Assembly: GCA_017478965.1 (NCBI GenBank)
Contig: JAFVCV010000038.1
Location: 23,977-87,976 of the forward strand
Direction: 5' to 3'
DNA from: Ruminococcus sp.
GTDB taxonomy: Bacteria; Bacillota; Clostridia; Oscillospirales; Ruminococcaceae
Length of the DNA stretch: 64,000 nt
The notes beneath the pieces were generated by a model that did not search any database, was not told where the DNA came from, and saw only the letters and a list, made by a program, of their open reading frames with translations. Shown piece after piece: positions 1-9,909 of this stretch (position 1 is the stretch's first letter; each line of letters opens with the position of its first letter). The translations under genes and the position numbers were made by a program.

Positions 1-536
1 CCAACGGCGGAAAGATCGGTATAGCGGGCAGCTTTGAGATAAGAGATATCCCCCCGGAGCTTGGGGGAGCACAGGACAGCCGGGTCGGTATCTACATCGG
101 GCCGGAGAAGGATATGCGGCCCTTTGAGGTGACTTTACAGCTCATACCCAGGTGTGTGACGGTGGGCATAGGCTGCAAAAGAGGGACCCCGGAGGAGGAC
201 ATCGAAAAGGCCGTAAGGGCGGTCTTTGATGAGATGGGATATGATATGCGGGCTTTGGAGTCGGTGGCGAGCATTGACCTGAAAGCCCATGAGGAGGGAC
301 TTCTTGACTTTTGCGCTAAGGCGGGAGCGGAGCTTCTTACCTACAGTGCGGATGAGCTCAACAGCCTGGAGGGAGAGTTCTCGGAGTCGGACTTTGTAAA
401 GAGCGTCACGGGGGTGGACTGCGTATGCGAGCGCAGCGCCGTGATGAGCGGGGGAAAGCTTATGATAAAAAAGCGTAAGTTTGACGGAGTGACCGCAGCC
501 GCTGCGGTAAAAAAAGAGGTAATAAGCATAGGATAA
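1..536 (+). CDS. cbiG: Cobalt-precorrin-5A hydrolase CbiG, C-terminal part (5' end lies outside the window)
   Basis: Frame 3 is open from base 3 to the stop at 534-536. The translated C-terminal domain (VTVGIGCKRG...ASIDLKAHEEGLL...CERSAV) resembles CbiG. It lies directly upstream of cbiH, as in anaerobic cbi operons. Confidence 0.75.
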   Translation, partial: NGGKIGIAGSFEIRDIPPELGGAQDSRVGIYIGPEKDMRPFEVTLQLIPRCVTVGIGCKRGTPEEDIEKAVRAVFDEMGYDMRALESVASIDLKAHEEGLLDFCAKAGAELLTYSADELNSLEGEFSESDFVKSVTGVDCVCERSAVMSGGKLMIKKRKFDGVTAAAAVKKEVISIG

Positions 537-628
537 GGACGCATCGGGGCAAAGGTCTTTTGAAAGGTCTCCCGCAGGAAAAAGCGGGTCAGCCGCACAG
601 ACCCGATACCCAAAACGGAGGACAGGAA

Positions 629-1348
629 ATGTTATACATAGCAGGCTTTGGCTGCGGGAGCAGAGAGGGCATGACCCTGGAGGTGCAGGCGGCGCTGGAG
701 AGGTGCGAAACGGTGGTGGGATATCGGACCTATACCGATATCATAGCTGAGTTTTACCCCGGCAAAGAATTCATCAGCACCGGTATGAAACAGGAGATCG
801 ACAGAGTAAGGCTGGCGCTGGAGCTTGGGACGCAGAAGGACACTGTGATGGTGTGCAGCGGGGACCCGGAGCTTTACGCAATGGCCGGGCTGGCCTTCGA
901 GCTGAGAGGAGAGGGCCGGGAGCCTGAGATAGAGGTACTGCCCGGGGTCAGTGCAGCTTTCAGCGGAGGGGCGCTTTTAGGTGCGCCGCTGACCAACGAT
1001 ATGGCGATAGTGAGCCTTTCGGACCTGCTGACGCCCTGGGAGGTCATAGAGAAAAGACTGAGGGCGGCGGCTATAGGGGACTTTGTGACGGTGCTCTATA
1101 ACCCCGGCTCGAAAAGCCGCAGGGACGCCTTAAAAAAAGCCTGCGGGATAATGATGGGCTATAGGGATAAAGATACAGTCTGCGGGTATGTCAGAAATAT
1201 CGGCAGAGAGGGGCAGGAAGCCGGGATAATGACTCTGGGGGAGCTTGGGGACTTTCAGGCGGATATGTTCACCACGGTCTTTATCGGCAGCAGCGCCACG
1301 AAAAACATCGGCGGGAAGATGGTCACGCCAAGAGGATACCGTGTTTAG
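629..1348 (+). CDS. cbiH: Cobalt-precorrin-3B (cobalt-factor III) C17-methyltransferase CbiH
   Basis: The tetrapyrrole methylase fold starts at MLYIAGFGCGSREGMT, with VVGYRTY and VCSGDPELY motifs. The ATG at 629 was chosen over the upstream ORF start because the conserved N-terminus begins there. Confidence 0.85.
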   Translation: MLYIAGFGCGSREGMTLEVQAALERCETVVGYRTYTDIIAEFYPGKEFISTGMKQEIDRVRLALELGTQKDTVMVCSGDPELYAMAGLAFELRGEGREPEIEVLPGVSAAFSGGALLGAPLTNDMAIVSLSDLLTPWEVIEKRLRAAAIGDFVTVLYNPGSKSRRDALKKACGIMMGYRDKDTVCGYVRNIGREGQEAGIMTLGELGDFQADMFTTVFIGSSATKNIGGKMVTPRGYRV

Positions 1349-2081
1349 GGCGGTGATCTTCGGCGGCACTACAGAGGGGCGGCTGCTGGGAGAGTTCTGC
1401 GAAAGAGAGGGCATAAGTGCGGTGAACTGCGTGGCTACTGCGGAGGGGGCGAAGGTCCTGCCGGAGGGGTGCAGGGTCCTGGTTGGAAGGCTCACCTCTT
1501 CGCAGATGGAGGAGCTTTTTGAAAGCGAAGGCTGCACGCTGGCGGTGGACGCCACCCATCCCTACGCCCTGGAGGTAACGAAGAACATAAGGTCCGCCTG
1601 CGAAAGGGCGGGGGTAAGATATGTAAGGCTCATAAGGGAACGGGGGCCTGTTTACGGAGAGAGTGCGGGCAGCATGGAAGAGATGAGGCAGATGCTCGAT
1701 CTTTGTGAGGACCGGGTGCTGAGCACTCTTGGGAGCAAGGAGGCCGGAGAGCTTTCAAAGGTCAGGAACGCCGGGGAGAGGATATGGCTGCGGGTACTGC
1801 CGGGAGAAGAGGTAAGGCGGCACTGTGAAGAGCTGGGCTTTGACCCGGAGAAGATCATACAGGCTAAGGGACCTTTTACTGAAAAGCAGAACATGGAGGA
1901 CCTGATAAAAAGCGGGGCCGGGATACTTCTTACGAAGGAGAGCGGCGCCGCCGGAGGGTACCCGGAAAAGATAAGAGCGGCAATGGCCCAGGGTGTGAGG
2001 GTCATAGGACTGAAAGGGCCGCAGGAAGAGGGAATGAGTCTCGCTCAGGTGCAGGACCTGCTGGCGGGACAGGATAAATAA
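1341..2081 (+). CDS. cbiJ: Cobalt-precorrin-6A reductase CbiJ/CobK
   Basis: The N-terminus VIFGGTTEGR and internal VDATHPYA are typical of CbiJ. The GTG at 1341 overlaps the cbiH stop. Position in the operon fits. Confidence 0.8.
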   Translation: MFRAVIFGGTTEGRLLGEFCEREGISAVNCVATAEGAKVLPEGCRVLVGRLTSSQMEELFESEGCTLAVDATHPYALEVTKNIRSACERAGVRYVRLIRERGPVYGESAGSMEEMRQMLDLCEDRVLSTLGSKEAGELSKVRNAGERIWLRVLPGEEVRRHCEELGFDPEKIIQAKGPFTEKQNMEDLIKSGAGILLTKESGAAGGYPEKIRAAMAQGVRVIGLKGPQEEGMSLAQVQDLLAGQDK

Positions 2082-2105
2082 GGCAAGGCGAAAGGCGGAA
2101 ATAAG

Positions 2106-3296
2106 ATGAAGGTGTACATCGTAGGGGCCGGGGCAGACGGTGAAAAGGGTCTGACGGTCCAGGGCAGGAGTGCCATTGGTGAGGCGGGACTGCTCATAGG
2201 TTCAAAGCGCCTGGTGGAGCGCTTTGAGGATATGGGTAAAGAGATATATGTGACATACAAGCCTGAGGACATCGCAAAGAGACTCAAAAACAGCAGCGCA
2301 GACTGTGCGGCGGTGCTGATGTCCGGGGACTGCGGGTTCTACAGCGGGGCAAAGGCTCTGCTGCCTATGCTGACGGGGCATGAGGTGAAGGTCATAGGGG
2401 GAGTATCCTCAATGGTCTATATGTGCTCGGAGCTGGGACTGGACTATGAGAACATGAAGGCCATTTCTCTGCATGGAAGAAAGGGCTATGCGGCGATAAA
2501 TGTAAAGCTCCATGAAAAGTGCTTTTTCCTCCTGGGGGGCGAGATCGGTGCGGACGAGCTTTGCAGGCATCTTTGCAGCCACGGTCTGGGAAACGTCACG
2601 GTCTATATCGGGGCGGACCTTGGGTATGAAGAGCAGAGGATCATAAGCGGAAGGGCTGACGAGCTGAGAGAGTGCAGGGTGTCGAAACTGTGCTCGGTGA
2701 TAACGGTCAATCCAGGGTACCTCAGACATATACCCGCCTGCATAGACGACGGGCAGTTCATACGTGACAAGGTGCCGATGACCAAGGCGGAGGTCAGGTG
2801 TGCGGCGGTTGCGATGCTCAATATCGGCAGGGACAGCGTGTGCTGGGACATAGGCAGCGGCACCGGGGCGGTGTCGGTGGAGATGGCCTACCGGTGTCCT
2901 CAGGGCGAGGTCTATGCCTTTGACAAGGCTCCGGAGGCTGCGGCCCTGACAGAGAAGAATGCCGGGCGGTTCGCCTGCGACAACATAATCTGCAAGCAGG
3001 GGGAATGCCCGGAGATGCTCAGGAACGTCCCGGCGCCGCAGAAGGTCTTCATCGGGGGGACTTCCGGGAACATGGAGGCCATTTTTGCGGCTGTACACCA
3101 CAAGAACCCCAGGGCTGACGTGGCGGTGACGGCGGTGTCGCTGGAGACTCTGGAGGAGGCCAGGCAGTGCTTTGGATACTATGGGGTCAATTGCAGCGTT
3201 ACTCAGATAGCGGTCACGAGGACCAAGACTGTAGGTGAGCACACCATGTTCGATGCGCAGAACCCTGTGTTCATAATCAGGGGAAGGCTCAGATGA
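2106..3296 (+). CDS. cbiET: Fused CbiE/CbiT (cobalt-precorrin-7 C5-methyltransferase / cobalt-precorrin-6B C15-methyltransferase, decarboxylating)
   Basis: This 396-aa protein has an N-terminal tetrapyrrole methylase half (KVYIVGAGADG, SGDCGFYS). The C-terminal half is a SAM-methyltransferase with MTKAEVR and the DIGSGTGAVSVE motif. Confidence 0.85.
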   Translation: MKVYIVGAGADGEKGLTVQGRSAIGEAGLLIGSKRLVERFEDMGKEIYVTYKPEDIAKRLKNSSADCAAVLMSGDCGFYSGAKALLPMLTGHEVKVIGGVSSMVYMCSELGLDYENMKAISLHGRKGYAAINVKLHEKCFFLLGGEIGADELCRHLCSHGLGNVTVYIGADLGYEEQRIISGRADELRECRVSKLCSVITVNPGYLRHIPACIDDGQFIRDKVPMTKAEVRCAAVAMLNIGRDSVCWDIGSGTGAVSVEMAYRCPQGEVYAFDKAPEAAALTEKNAGRFACDNIICKQGECPEMLRNVPAPQKVFIGGTSGNMEAIFAAVHHKNPRADVAVTAVSLETLEEARQCFGYYGVNCSVTQIAVTRTKTVGEHTMFDAQNPVFIIRGRLR

Positions 3297-4639
3297 GAAG
3301 GTGTCTTATTGCCGGGACCGGCAGCGGCTGCGGAAAGACCACTGTGGTCTGCGGGATAATGCAGGCAATGAAGGACCGGGGGCTGAGGGTCAGCGCCTTC
3401 AAGTGCGGGCCGGATTACATCGACCCCATGTTCCACCGGCGGGTCACCGGTACGGCGGCCTATAATCTGGACGGCTTTTTCTGCGATGACGAAAGGCTGG
3501 GCTTCCTTCTGGCAGAGGGCAGCCGGGGGGCGGACGTTTCGGTCATAGAGGGCGTTATGGGCTACTATGACGGCGGGGAAGGCTCGGCGCACAGCTTAGC
3601 CCGCAGGACCGGCACAGGGGCGGTGATCGTCATAGACTGCCGGGGAATGATGGACAGCATAGGGGCGGTCATGAAAGGGTTCCTGACCTACAGAGAGGAA
3701 AGCTGTATAGAGGGCTTTATCTTCAGCCGCCTGCCGGGAAGGCTGCTGCCGGAGGTGAAAAGGCTCTGCGAGGAGCTTGGGACCGTTTGCTACGGGCATA
3801 TGCCGGTGACGGAGGCGGTCATAGAGAGCCGCCATCTCGGGCTGGTCACTGCCGGAGAGATAGAGGGGCTAAGGGAAAAGCTCTCAGAGCTTGGACGCTT
3901 GGCACAGGAGAACATCGACATCGACGGATTGCTGAGACTTACCGGCGGGGACCCTGAGGGAAAGGCCCCTGAGATAAAGAGGACAGAAGGCCGGGTCAGG
4001 ATAGCGGTGGCAAGGGACCGGGCGTTCTGCTTTATTTATGAAGAGAACCTGAGGCTGTTGGAAAAGATGGGCTGCGAGACAGTGTTTTTCTCGCCCCTTG
4101 AGGACCGGGAGCTTCCTGAATGTGAAGGGATACTGCTTTACGGGGGATACCCGGAGCTTTACGCCCAGTGGCTCACTCTCAACGAAAGGATGCTCAGGTC
4201 CATAAGGTCCGCAGCTGCAAGGGGAGTGCCCATTATAGCGGAATGCGGCGGGGCAATGTATCTGAGAGAATGGCTGGAGGATCCTCAGGGCCGGCGCTGT
4301 GAAATGGCGGGGGTCCTGCCTGGAGGGAGCCGCAGCATGGGAAGGCTGACCAACTTCGGCTATGCAGAGCTGAGGGCTGAGAGTGACGGGCTATTGCTCA
4401 AAAAGGGCGAAACGGTGAAGATACACGAGTTTCACTACTGGGACAGCGAGATGGCCGGCAGTGACTTCACCGCCATTAAAAAGGGCCGGGAGCCAAGGCG
4501 CTGCGGTTATCACACCCCGAACCTTTATGCGGGGTTCGGGCATATTTATTTTTATTCGGACATAAAAACTGCGGAGAGGTTCGTTGCGGCCTGCGCCGCC
4601 TATGGAGAGAGAAATGGAAATAGCAGTAAAGGCCGCTGA
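3293..4639 (+). CDS. cbiA: Cobyrinate a,c-diamide synthase CbiA
   Basis: It has the P-loop AGTGSGCGKTT, the KCGPDYIDP motif, and a C-terminal glutamine amidotransferase domain (AECGGAMYL). The start ATG overlaps the cbiET stop as ATGA. Confidence 0.9.
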   Translation: MRRCLIAGTGSGCGKTTVVCGIMQAMKDRGLRVSAFKCGPDYIDPMFHRRVTGTAAYNLDGFFCDDERLGFLLAEGSRGADVSVIEGVMGYYDGGEGSAHSLARRTGTGAVIVIDCRGMMDSIGAVMKGFLTYREESCIEGFIFSRLPGRLLPEVKRLCEELGTVCYGHMPVTEAVIESRHLGLVTAGEIEGLREKLSELGRLAQENIDIDGLLRLTGGDPEGKAPEIKRTEGRVRIAVARDRAFCFIYEENLRLLEKMGCETVFFSPLEDRELPECEGILLYGGYPELYAQWLTLNERMLRSIRSAAARGVPIIAECGGAMYLREWLEDPQGRRCEMAGVLPGGSRSMGRLTNFGYAELRAESDGLLLKKGETVKIHEFHYWDSEMAGSDFTAIKKGREPRRCGYHTPNLYAGFGHIYFYSDIKTAERFVAACAAYGERNGNSSKGR

Positions 4640-5657
4640 CCGGGGTGCAAGGCGGCGGGCAAAGGAGCGCTGGGACAGTATAGCAAAGCCCCTGGGGAGC
4701 CTGGGGGTACTGGAGGAAATGGTCATCACCATGGCGGGAGTGCAGGGAACGGAAAATGTGAGACTGGACCCGGCTAAGGCGGTGGTCATGTGCGGGGACC
4801 ACGGTGTGGTGGCGCAGGGAGTTACTCAGTGCGAGAGCGATGTTACTGCAAAGTGCGCCGCTGAGATCGCCATGGGAAGGTCTAACGTCAACGCTATGGC
4901 GGAGGTCTTCGGTATAGATGTCATGGCTGTGGACATGGGGATAAAGAACAGGCCGGACTGTGAGAGGCTGATAGACAGGAGCCTTGGACAGGGGACTGCG
5001 GACTTTACTCTTGGCCCGGCCATGGAAAGGCGTGCGGCGCAAAAGGCCATAGAAACAGGCATCTGCATTGCCGGGGAGCTGAAAGCGCAGGGAGTGAGGC
5101 TGCTGATGACCGGTGAGATGGGGATAGGCAACACCACCTCTGCGGCCGCATTGGCGTCGGTGATGCTGGGAATGGAGCCTGAGAAGGTCACAGGCCGGGG
5201 GGCCGGTCTTGACAGAGAGGGGCTTTCAAGAAAAATAGCCGCTGTGAAAAGGGCGATAGAGGTGAACCGACCCGACCCTCAGGACCCGGTGGGCCTTCTG
5301 GCAAAGCTGGGGGGGTTTGAGATAGGGGGAATGACCGGCCTTTTCCTTGGCTGTGCCTGCTACGGTATGACTGCTGTGGCGGACGGGGTCATATCTGCGG
5401 CGGCGGCAGCCCTGGCGGCGGGGATAGAGCCGGGGTGCGCAGACTATATCCTTGGCAGCCACTGCTCAGGGGAGCCGGCGGCAAGAGGCCTTTTAGAGAA
5501 GGCCGGGCTCCTGACGGCTATAGACGCAGGACTGAGGCTGGGTGAGGGCACCGGGGGGGTGCTGTTATATCCCCTGTTAAAGGGCGCTCTGGCAGTCTAT
5601 GAGAATTCTCACAGGTTTGAAGAAACGGGCATAGAAAGGTATGTGGAGCTTAAATGA
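4614..5657 (+). CDS. cobT: Nicotinate-nucleotide--dimethylbenzimidazole phosphoribosyltransferase CobT
   Basis: Motifs KPLGSLGVLEE, GEMGIGNTT and LGEGTGG are present. The start is ambiguous (in-frame ATGs at 4584, 4602, 4614); 4614 follows GGAGAGAG. Confidence 0.88.
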   Translation: MEIAVKAADRGARRRAKERWDSIAKPLGSLGVLEEMVITMAGVQGTENVRLDPAKAVVMCGDHGVVAQGVTQCESDVTAKCAAEIAMGRSNVNAMAEVFGIDVMAVDMGIKNRPDCERLIDRSLGQGTADFTLGPAMERRAAQKAIETGICIAGELKAQGVRLLMTGEMGIGNTTSAAALASVMLGMEPEKVTGRGAGLDREGLSRKIAAVKRAIEVNRPDPQDPVGLLAKLGGFEIGGMTGLFLGCACYGMTAVADGVISAAAAALAAGIEPGCADYILGSHCSGEPAARGLLEKAGLLTAIDAGLRLGEGTGGVLLYPLLKGALAVYENSHRFEETGIERYVELK

Positions 5658-6172
5658 TAAGGCTTGTGGCGGGCGGCTCGAAAAGCGGCAAGTCGGCCTA
5701 TGGGGAAAGGCTTCTGGAAAGCTTTAAGGGGCAGAAGGTCTATATAGCGACTATGGAGCCTTACGGCGAAGATGCAGAAAGGGCAATTGAGAGGCACCGG
5801 GCAATGCGGGCCGGGAAGGGATTTGTGACCCTGGAGAGATACCGGGACATAGGCGGGGCGCAGATACCTGAGGGGGCCGGGGTGCTGATAGAATGTATGG
5901 GGAACCTGCTGGCAAACGAAATGTTCACGGAGGACGGCATATGCTGTCCTACAGAGAAGATCCTTTCAGGCATAGAGGAGCTTTCCCGCCGGGCAGGGGA
6001 GCTGATAATAGTGACGAACCTGCTTGACGGGGACGGACGGACCTACGGAGAAGGGACGGAGCTTTACATAAGATATATGGGTGAGATGAACCGAAGGCTC
6101 GGGGCAATGGCACAGAGCGTTACGGAATGCGTTTTCGGCATACCCATTGCGGTGAAGGGGGAGCTTTTATGA
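5654..6172 (+). CDS. cobU: Adenosylcobinamide kinase / adenosylcobinamide-phosphate guanylyltransferase CobU
   Basis: It has the P-loop GGSKSGKS followed by IATMEP...AIERHR, the histidine-containing region typical of CobU/CobP. The start overlaps the cobT stop as ATGA. Confidence 0.85.
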   Translation: MIRLVAGGSKSGKSAYGERLLESFKGQKVYIATMEPYGEDAERAIERHRAMRAGKGFVTLERYRDIGGAQIPEGAGVLIECMGNLLANEMFTEDGICCPTEKILSGIEELSRRAGELIIVTNLLDGDGRTYGEGTELYIRYMGEMNRRLGAMAQSVTECVFGIPIAVKGELL

Positions 6173-6939
6173 TAAAGTCGCTGTTTTCGGCTTTTCTCAT
6201 GTATTCCAGGATACCCATGCCAAGGGTGGAATGGAAGGAGGAGAACCGCCGGTACGCACTGGGGTTCTTTCCTCTGGTTGGGGCGGTCATTGGGTGGCTT
6301 TTCACAGGCTGGCGGCAGCTCTGTCAGACTCTGGGGCTGTGGTCGATGCTGTTTGCGGCAGTGTCGGTGCTCATTCCCCTGGCCGTTACCGGGGGGATAC
6401 ATATGGACGGGTTCATGGACGTTACGGACGCTAGGAATTCCTTCGGGGACAGGGAGAAAAAGCTTGAGATAATGAGCGACCCCCATGTGGGGTCTTTTGC
6501 GGTCATATGGGGGTGCGTGTACCTTATCGTTCAGGCGGGGCTTTTCAGCCAGGCCTACAATATGCGCACCTGCAGCATGGTGTCGGCGGTGTTCGTGCTT
6601 TCAAGGTCGCTGAGCGCCTTCGGGGCGATCTGTTTTAAGTCCGCTAAGAGCCAGGGGAGCTTGCAGAGCTTTAAAAAGCCTGCCCACAAGGGCATAACTC
6701 TCGCCATGACCGGGGCTGCGTTCCTGTTCTCGGCAGGCATGATGGTGAGGGCGGACTTTACGGTGGGGGCGGCCTGCGTAGTGACGGCCGCAGCTGTGCT
6801 GGTCTTTTGCAGGCGGTGGGCCTATAAGGAACTGGGCGGCTTTACCGGGGACGTCTGCGGCTGGTTTTTGCAGCTGTGCGAGATCTTCGCCATTGCCGTG
6901 ATAGTCATAGGAGAAAGGATAGCGACGGTGGTAAGATGA
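6169..6939 (+). CDS. cobS: Adenosylcobinamide-GDP ribazoletransferase (cobalamin synthase) CobS
   Basis: This multi-pass membrane protein starts MIKSLFSAFLMYSRIPMP and carries GGIHMDGFMDV and FTGD motifs. The start overlaps the cobU stop as ATGA. Confidence 0.9.
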   Translation: MIKSLFSAFLMYSRIPMPRVEWKEENRRYALGFFPLVGAVIGWLFTGWRQLCQTLGLWSMLFAAVSVLIPLAVTGGIHMDGFMDVTDARNSFGDREKKLEIMSDPHVGSFAVIWGCVYLIVQAGLFSQAYNMRTCSMVSAVFVLSRSLSAFGAICFKSAKSQGSLQSFKKPAHKGITLAMTGAAFLFSAGMMVRADFTVGAACVVTAAAVLVFCRRWAYKELGGFTGDVCGWFLQLCEIFAIAVIVIGERIATVVR

Positions 6940-7325
6940 TACTTATTGTAGGAGGACGGGCCTCCGGCAAGGGGGAATTTGCCGCACAGGAGCTGGGAGT
7001 CAGGACCGTGGCCAAGGGCGGCGAGGACAGCATTGAGGACATCATGGACGGGCAGTGGGACTGTCTGAGAGATGTGCATCTGCTTGTAAGGCGGCTGATG
7101 GCTGAGGGGCGGGACCCGCTGAGTTTTATGGAGGAGCTTTTTGAGAAAAGGCCTGAGGGAGTCTTTATCACCGACGAGATAGGCTGCGGCATAGTTCCGG
7201 TGGAGAAGGAGGAAAGGCTCTGGCGGGAGAACGCAGGGCGCTGCGGCTGCATGGCGGCGGCAAGGGCCGAAAAGGTCGTAAGGCTCATATGCGGGACGGC
7301 AGTTTATATCAAGGGGGAACGGTGA
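6936..7325 (+). CDS. Short CobU-like P-loop protein (129 aa), a second paralogue
   Basis: It has the P-loop VGGRASGKG and a C-terminal ITDEIGCGIVPVEKEERLWRENAGR resembling the CobU core. The stop/start codons overlap on both sides (ATGA with cobS, TGATG with cobC). Confidence 0.55.
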   Translation: MILIVGGRASGKGEFAAQELGVRTVAKGGEDSIEDIMDGQWDCLRDVHLLVRRLMAEGRDPLSFMEELFEKRPEGVFITDEIGCGIVPVEKEERLWRENAGRCGCMAAARAEKVVRLICGTAVYIKGER

Positions 7326-7885
7326 TGGAGCTTTATATGATCCGGCACGGAATGACGAAGGGCAACCTGGAGCGGCGCTACATAGGCCGGACTGACGAGG
7401 ACCTCTGTGAGGAGGGGCGGCAGGCTCTGGGAAGGCTCAGCCTTGCGCAGTGTGAGATCATCGCTGCAAGTCCCATGAAAAGGTGCATAGAGACAGCGAG
7501 GATACTCTGGCCGGGAAAGGAGCCTATAGTTTGCAGTGACTTCCGTGAGTGTGATTTCGGGGACTTTGAGGGGAAGAATTACGAGGACCTGAACGGCAGG
7601 GAGGACTATCAGCGCTGGATAGACAGCTTCGGTGCGCTGCCCTTTCCCGGCGGGGAGGATCCGACAAAGTTCAGGGAAAGGTGCATAAGGGCCTTTGAGG
7701 AGCTTATGGAGATATGCTCAGGCTGTGAGAGCCTGGGCCTTGCGGTACATGGGGGGACTGTCATGGCACTGATGGAAAGGTTCGCAGAGCCAAGAAAGGG
7801 CTACTACGACTGGCAGGTACCCTGCGCAGGGGGCTTTCACTGCCGGATCGGCGGCGGGACTTTCACTGTACTGGAGAAGATCTGA
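7325..7885 (+). CDS. cobC: Alpha-ribazole phosphatase CobC (histidine phosphatase family)
   Basis: The RHG motif (MIRHGMTKGN) and the downstream HGG (AVHGGTV) mark the histidine phosphatase superfamily. It sits within the cob operon. Confidence 0.8.
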   Translation: MELYMIRHGMTKGNLERRYIGRTDEDLCEEGRQALGRLSLAQCEIIAASPMKRCIETARILWPGKEPIVCSDFRECDFGDFEGKNYEDLNGREDYQRWIDSFGALPFPGGEDPTKFRERCIRAFEELMEICSGCESLGLAVHGGTVMALMERFAEPRKGYYDWQVPCAGGFHCRIGGGTFTVLEKI

Positions 7886-7888
7886 GCC

Positions 7889-8875
7889 ATGGGGACAGAA
7901 AAGATGTTTTTGCCGGCCCTGCCTTTAGTGCTGGGCTTTTTGCTTGACTGCATCGTTGGGGACCCCTACAGTGTGCCCCACCCCATAAGGGCCATCGGAG
8001 ATCTGATAGGCGCACTGGAAAAAAAGGTCCGCAGGAGCTTCAGGGACCTGAGGGCCGGGGGGACCTTGCTGGCCCTTGGGGTCATAGCGGTATCGGCGGC
8101 GGTGCCGGGGGCGGTGCTCTGGATATGCTACAGGGTGAACACCTGGCTGGGGATAGGCGTGGAGACTGTGATGTGCTGCTATATGCTGGCGGCTAAGTGC
8201 CTGAAAGACGAGAGCATGAAGGTCTGCCGGGCGGCGGCAGCGGGGGACACTGAGGGCGCAAGGAAGGCTGTGTCCATGATAGTGGGAAGAGACACGCAGG
8301 TCCTTGACAGAGAGGGGATAATAAGGGCGGCGGTGGAGACCGTGGCGGAGAACACCTCCGACGGGGTAACGGCGCCTATGATGTATATGGGGCTTTTCGG
8401 GGCTGTGGGCGGCTTTGTCTACAAGGCTGTCAATACCATGGATTCGATGATAGGCTATAAGGACGAGAAATATGCGGACATAGGGCGCTTTGCGGCAAGG
8501 CTGGACGATGTGCTCAATTTTGTGCCGTCCAGGGCAACGGCGGTGCTGATGGCGGCGTCGGCAGGGCTGATGAGGGGCTTTGACGGAAAGAACGCACTGA
8601 GGATATGGCGGCGGGACCGCAGAAAACACGCCAGTCCTAACTCGGCCCAGACTGAGAGCGCCTGTGCGGGGGCTCTGCACCTGAGACTGGCCGGGGACGC
8701 ACAGTATTTCGGCAGGCTCTGCAAAAAGCCATTTATAGGAGATGACGACAGGCCTATCGAGCCTGAGGATATCCGCCGGGCCAACAGACTGATGTATGTA
8801 AGCTCAGTGATGATGCTGCTGATATGCACGGCGGTGAGGACGGGCCTTGGGGCCTTATGGACGGTGATAAGATGA
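7889..8875 (+). CDS. cbiB: Adenosylcobinamide-phosphate synthase CbiB
   Basis: This membrane protein has the DCIVGDPYSVPHPIRAIG N-terminus and NTSDGVTAPMMY and SPNSAQTE motifs characteristic of CbiB/CobD. Confidence 0.9.
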   Translation: MGTEKMFLPALPLVLGFLLDCIVGDPYSVPHPIRAIGDLIGALEKKVRRSFRDLRAGGTLLALGVIAVSAAVPGAVLWICYRVNTWLGIGVETVMCCYMLAAKCLKDESMKVCRAAAAGDTEGARKAVSMIVGRDTQVLDREGIIRAAVETVAENTSDGVTAPMMYMGLFGAVGGFVYKAVNTMDSMIGYKDEKYADIGRFAARLDDVLNFVPSRATAVLMAASAGLMRGFDGKNALRIWRRDRRKHASPNSAQTESACAGALHLRLAGDAQYFGRLCKKPFIGDDDRPIEPEDIRRANRLMYVSSVMMLLICTAVRTGLGALWTVIR

Positions 8876-9909
8876 AAGGAAAACTGCCTTTGCACGGCGG
8901 CGATATTTACGCAAAAGGTAAGGTGCTGGACTTTTCAGCCAATATCAATCCTCTGGGTATGCCCCCGGGGGTCAGGCAGGCGGTCATAGAGGGTGCGGAC
9001 AGCTGGGAAAGGTACCCCGACCCCTTTTGCCGGGAGCTGGTGAAAAAGCTCTCCGAATATGAGGGCGTGAGCGAGGACAGGATAGCCGTGGGCAATGGGG
9101 CGGACGACCTTATCTACCGGCTTTGCAGGGTGCTGAGAGCTGACAGCGGAGTGGTCTGCGCCCCATCGTTTTCGGAATACGGCCGGGCGCTCAGGGAGAG
9201 CGGCAGTCTGGTGAGGACCTACAGGTTGAAGGAAGAGAGCGGCTTTGAGCTTGACCGGGGGATAGCGGATTTTTGCCGGGGCTCCGGGGCGGTGTTCGTC
9301 TGCTGCCCGAATAATCCCAGCGGCGCCGTGGTAAAGCCGGAGATAACAGAGGAGCTGGCGGCGGAGTGCGAAAAAAACGGACAGGTGCTTATTTACGACC
9401 AGTGTTTTTTAGACTTCGTAAAAGGCGGCGGAGAGTTCGGCCTTGAAAGGCATATGGGTAAGAACGGGATCATTATAAAGGCCTTTACCAAGATCTTCGC
9501 CATGCCGGGGCTGAGGCTGGGCTATATGGTCTTCGGCAGCAGAGAGCTGTGCGAAAAGGTCCGGAGCTGCGGGCAGTACTGGCCTGTGTCGGCGCCGGCA
9601 CAGGCGGCGGGCATTGCGGCCCTGAGAGAGGCGGCGGAGCATATCCGCAGGACGGCAGGATATGTCGAAAAAGAGCGAAAGGCGCTTGAAGAAGGCCTGA
9701 GAGGGCTTGGGCTGAAGGTCTATGGGTCAAGGGCGAATTTCCTGCTTTTCAGGGGACGGGAGGACCTTGGAGAAAGGCTTGCAAGTCGGGGGATACTCAT
9801 AAGGAGCCTTGAAAATGAGGAGGGCTTAGGCGGGGGCTTTTTCAGGACGGCTGTCAGGACCGTGGAAGAGGACCGCAGGCTTTTGCAGGAGATAAGGGAG
9901 GTCATCTGA
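8872..9909 (+). CDS. cobD: L-threonine-O-3-phosphate decarboxylase CobD (class I/II aminotransferase fold)
   Basis: It begins HGGDIY...DFSANINPLG and has a PLP-lysine context FTKIFAMPGLRLGY. The start overlaps the cbiB stop as ATGA. Confidence 0.85.
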   Translation: MKGKLPLHGGDIYAKGKVLDFSANINPLGMPPGVRQAVIEGADSWERYPDPFCRELVKKLSEYEGVSEDRIAVGNGADDLIYRLCRVLRADSGVVCAPSFSEYGRALRESGSLVRTYRLKEESGFELDRGIADFCRGSGAVFVCCPNNPSGAVVKPEITEELAAECEKNGQVLIYDQCFLDFVKGGGEFGLERHMGKNGIIIKAFTKIFAMPGLRLGYMVFGSRELCEKVRSCGQYWPVSAPAQAAGIAALREAAEHIRRTAGYVEKERKALEEGLRGLGLKVYGSRANFLLFRGREDLGERLASRGILIRSLENEEGLGGGFFRTAVRTVEEDRRLLQEIREVI

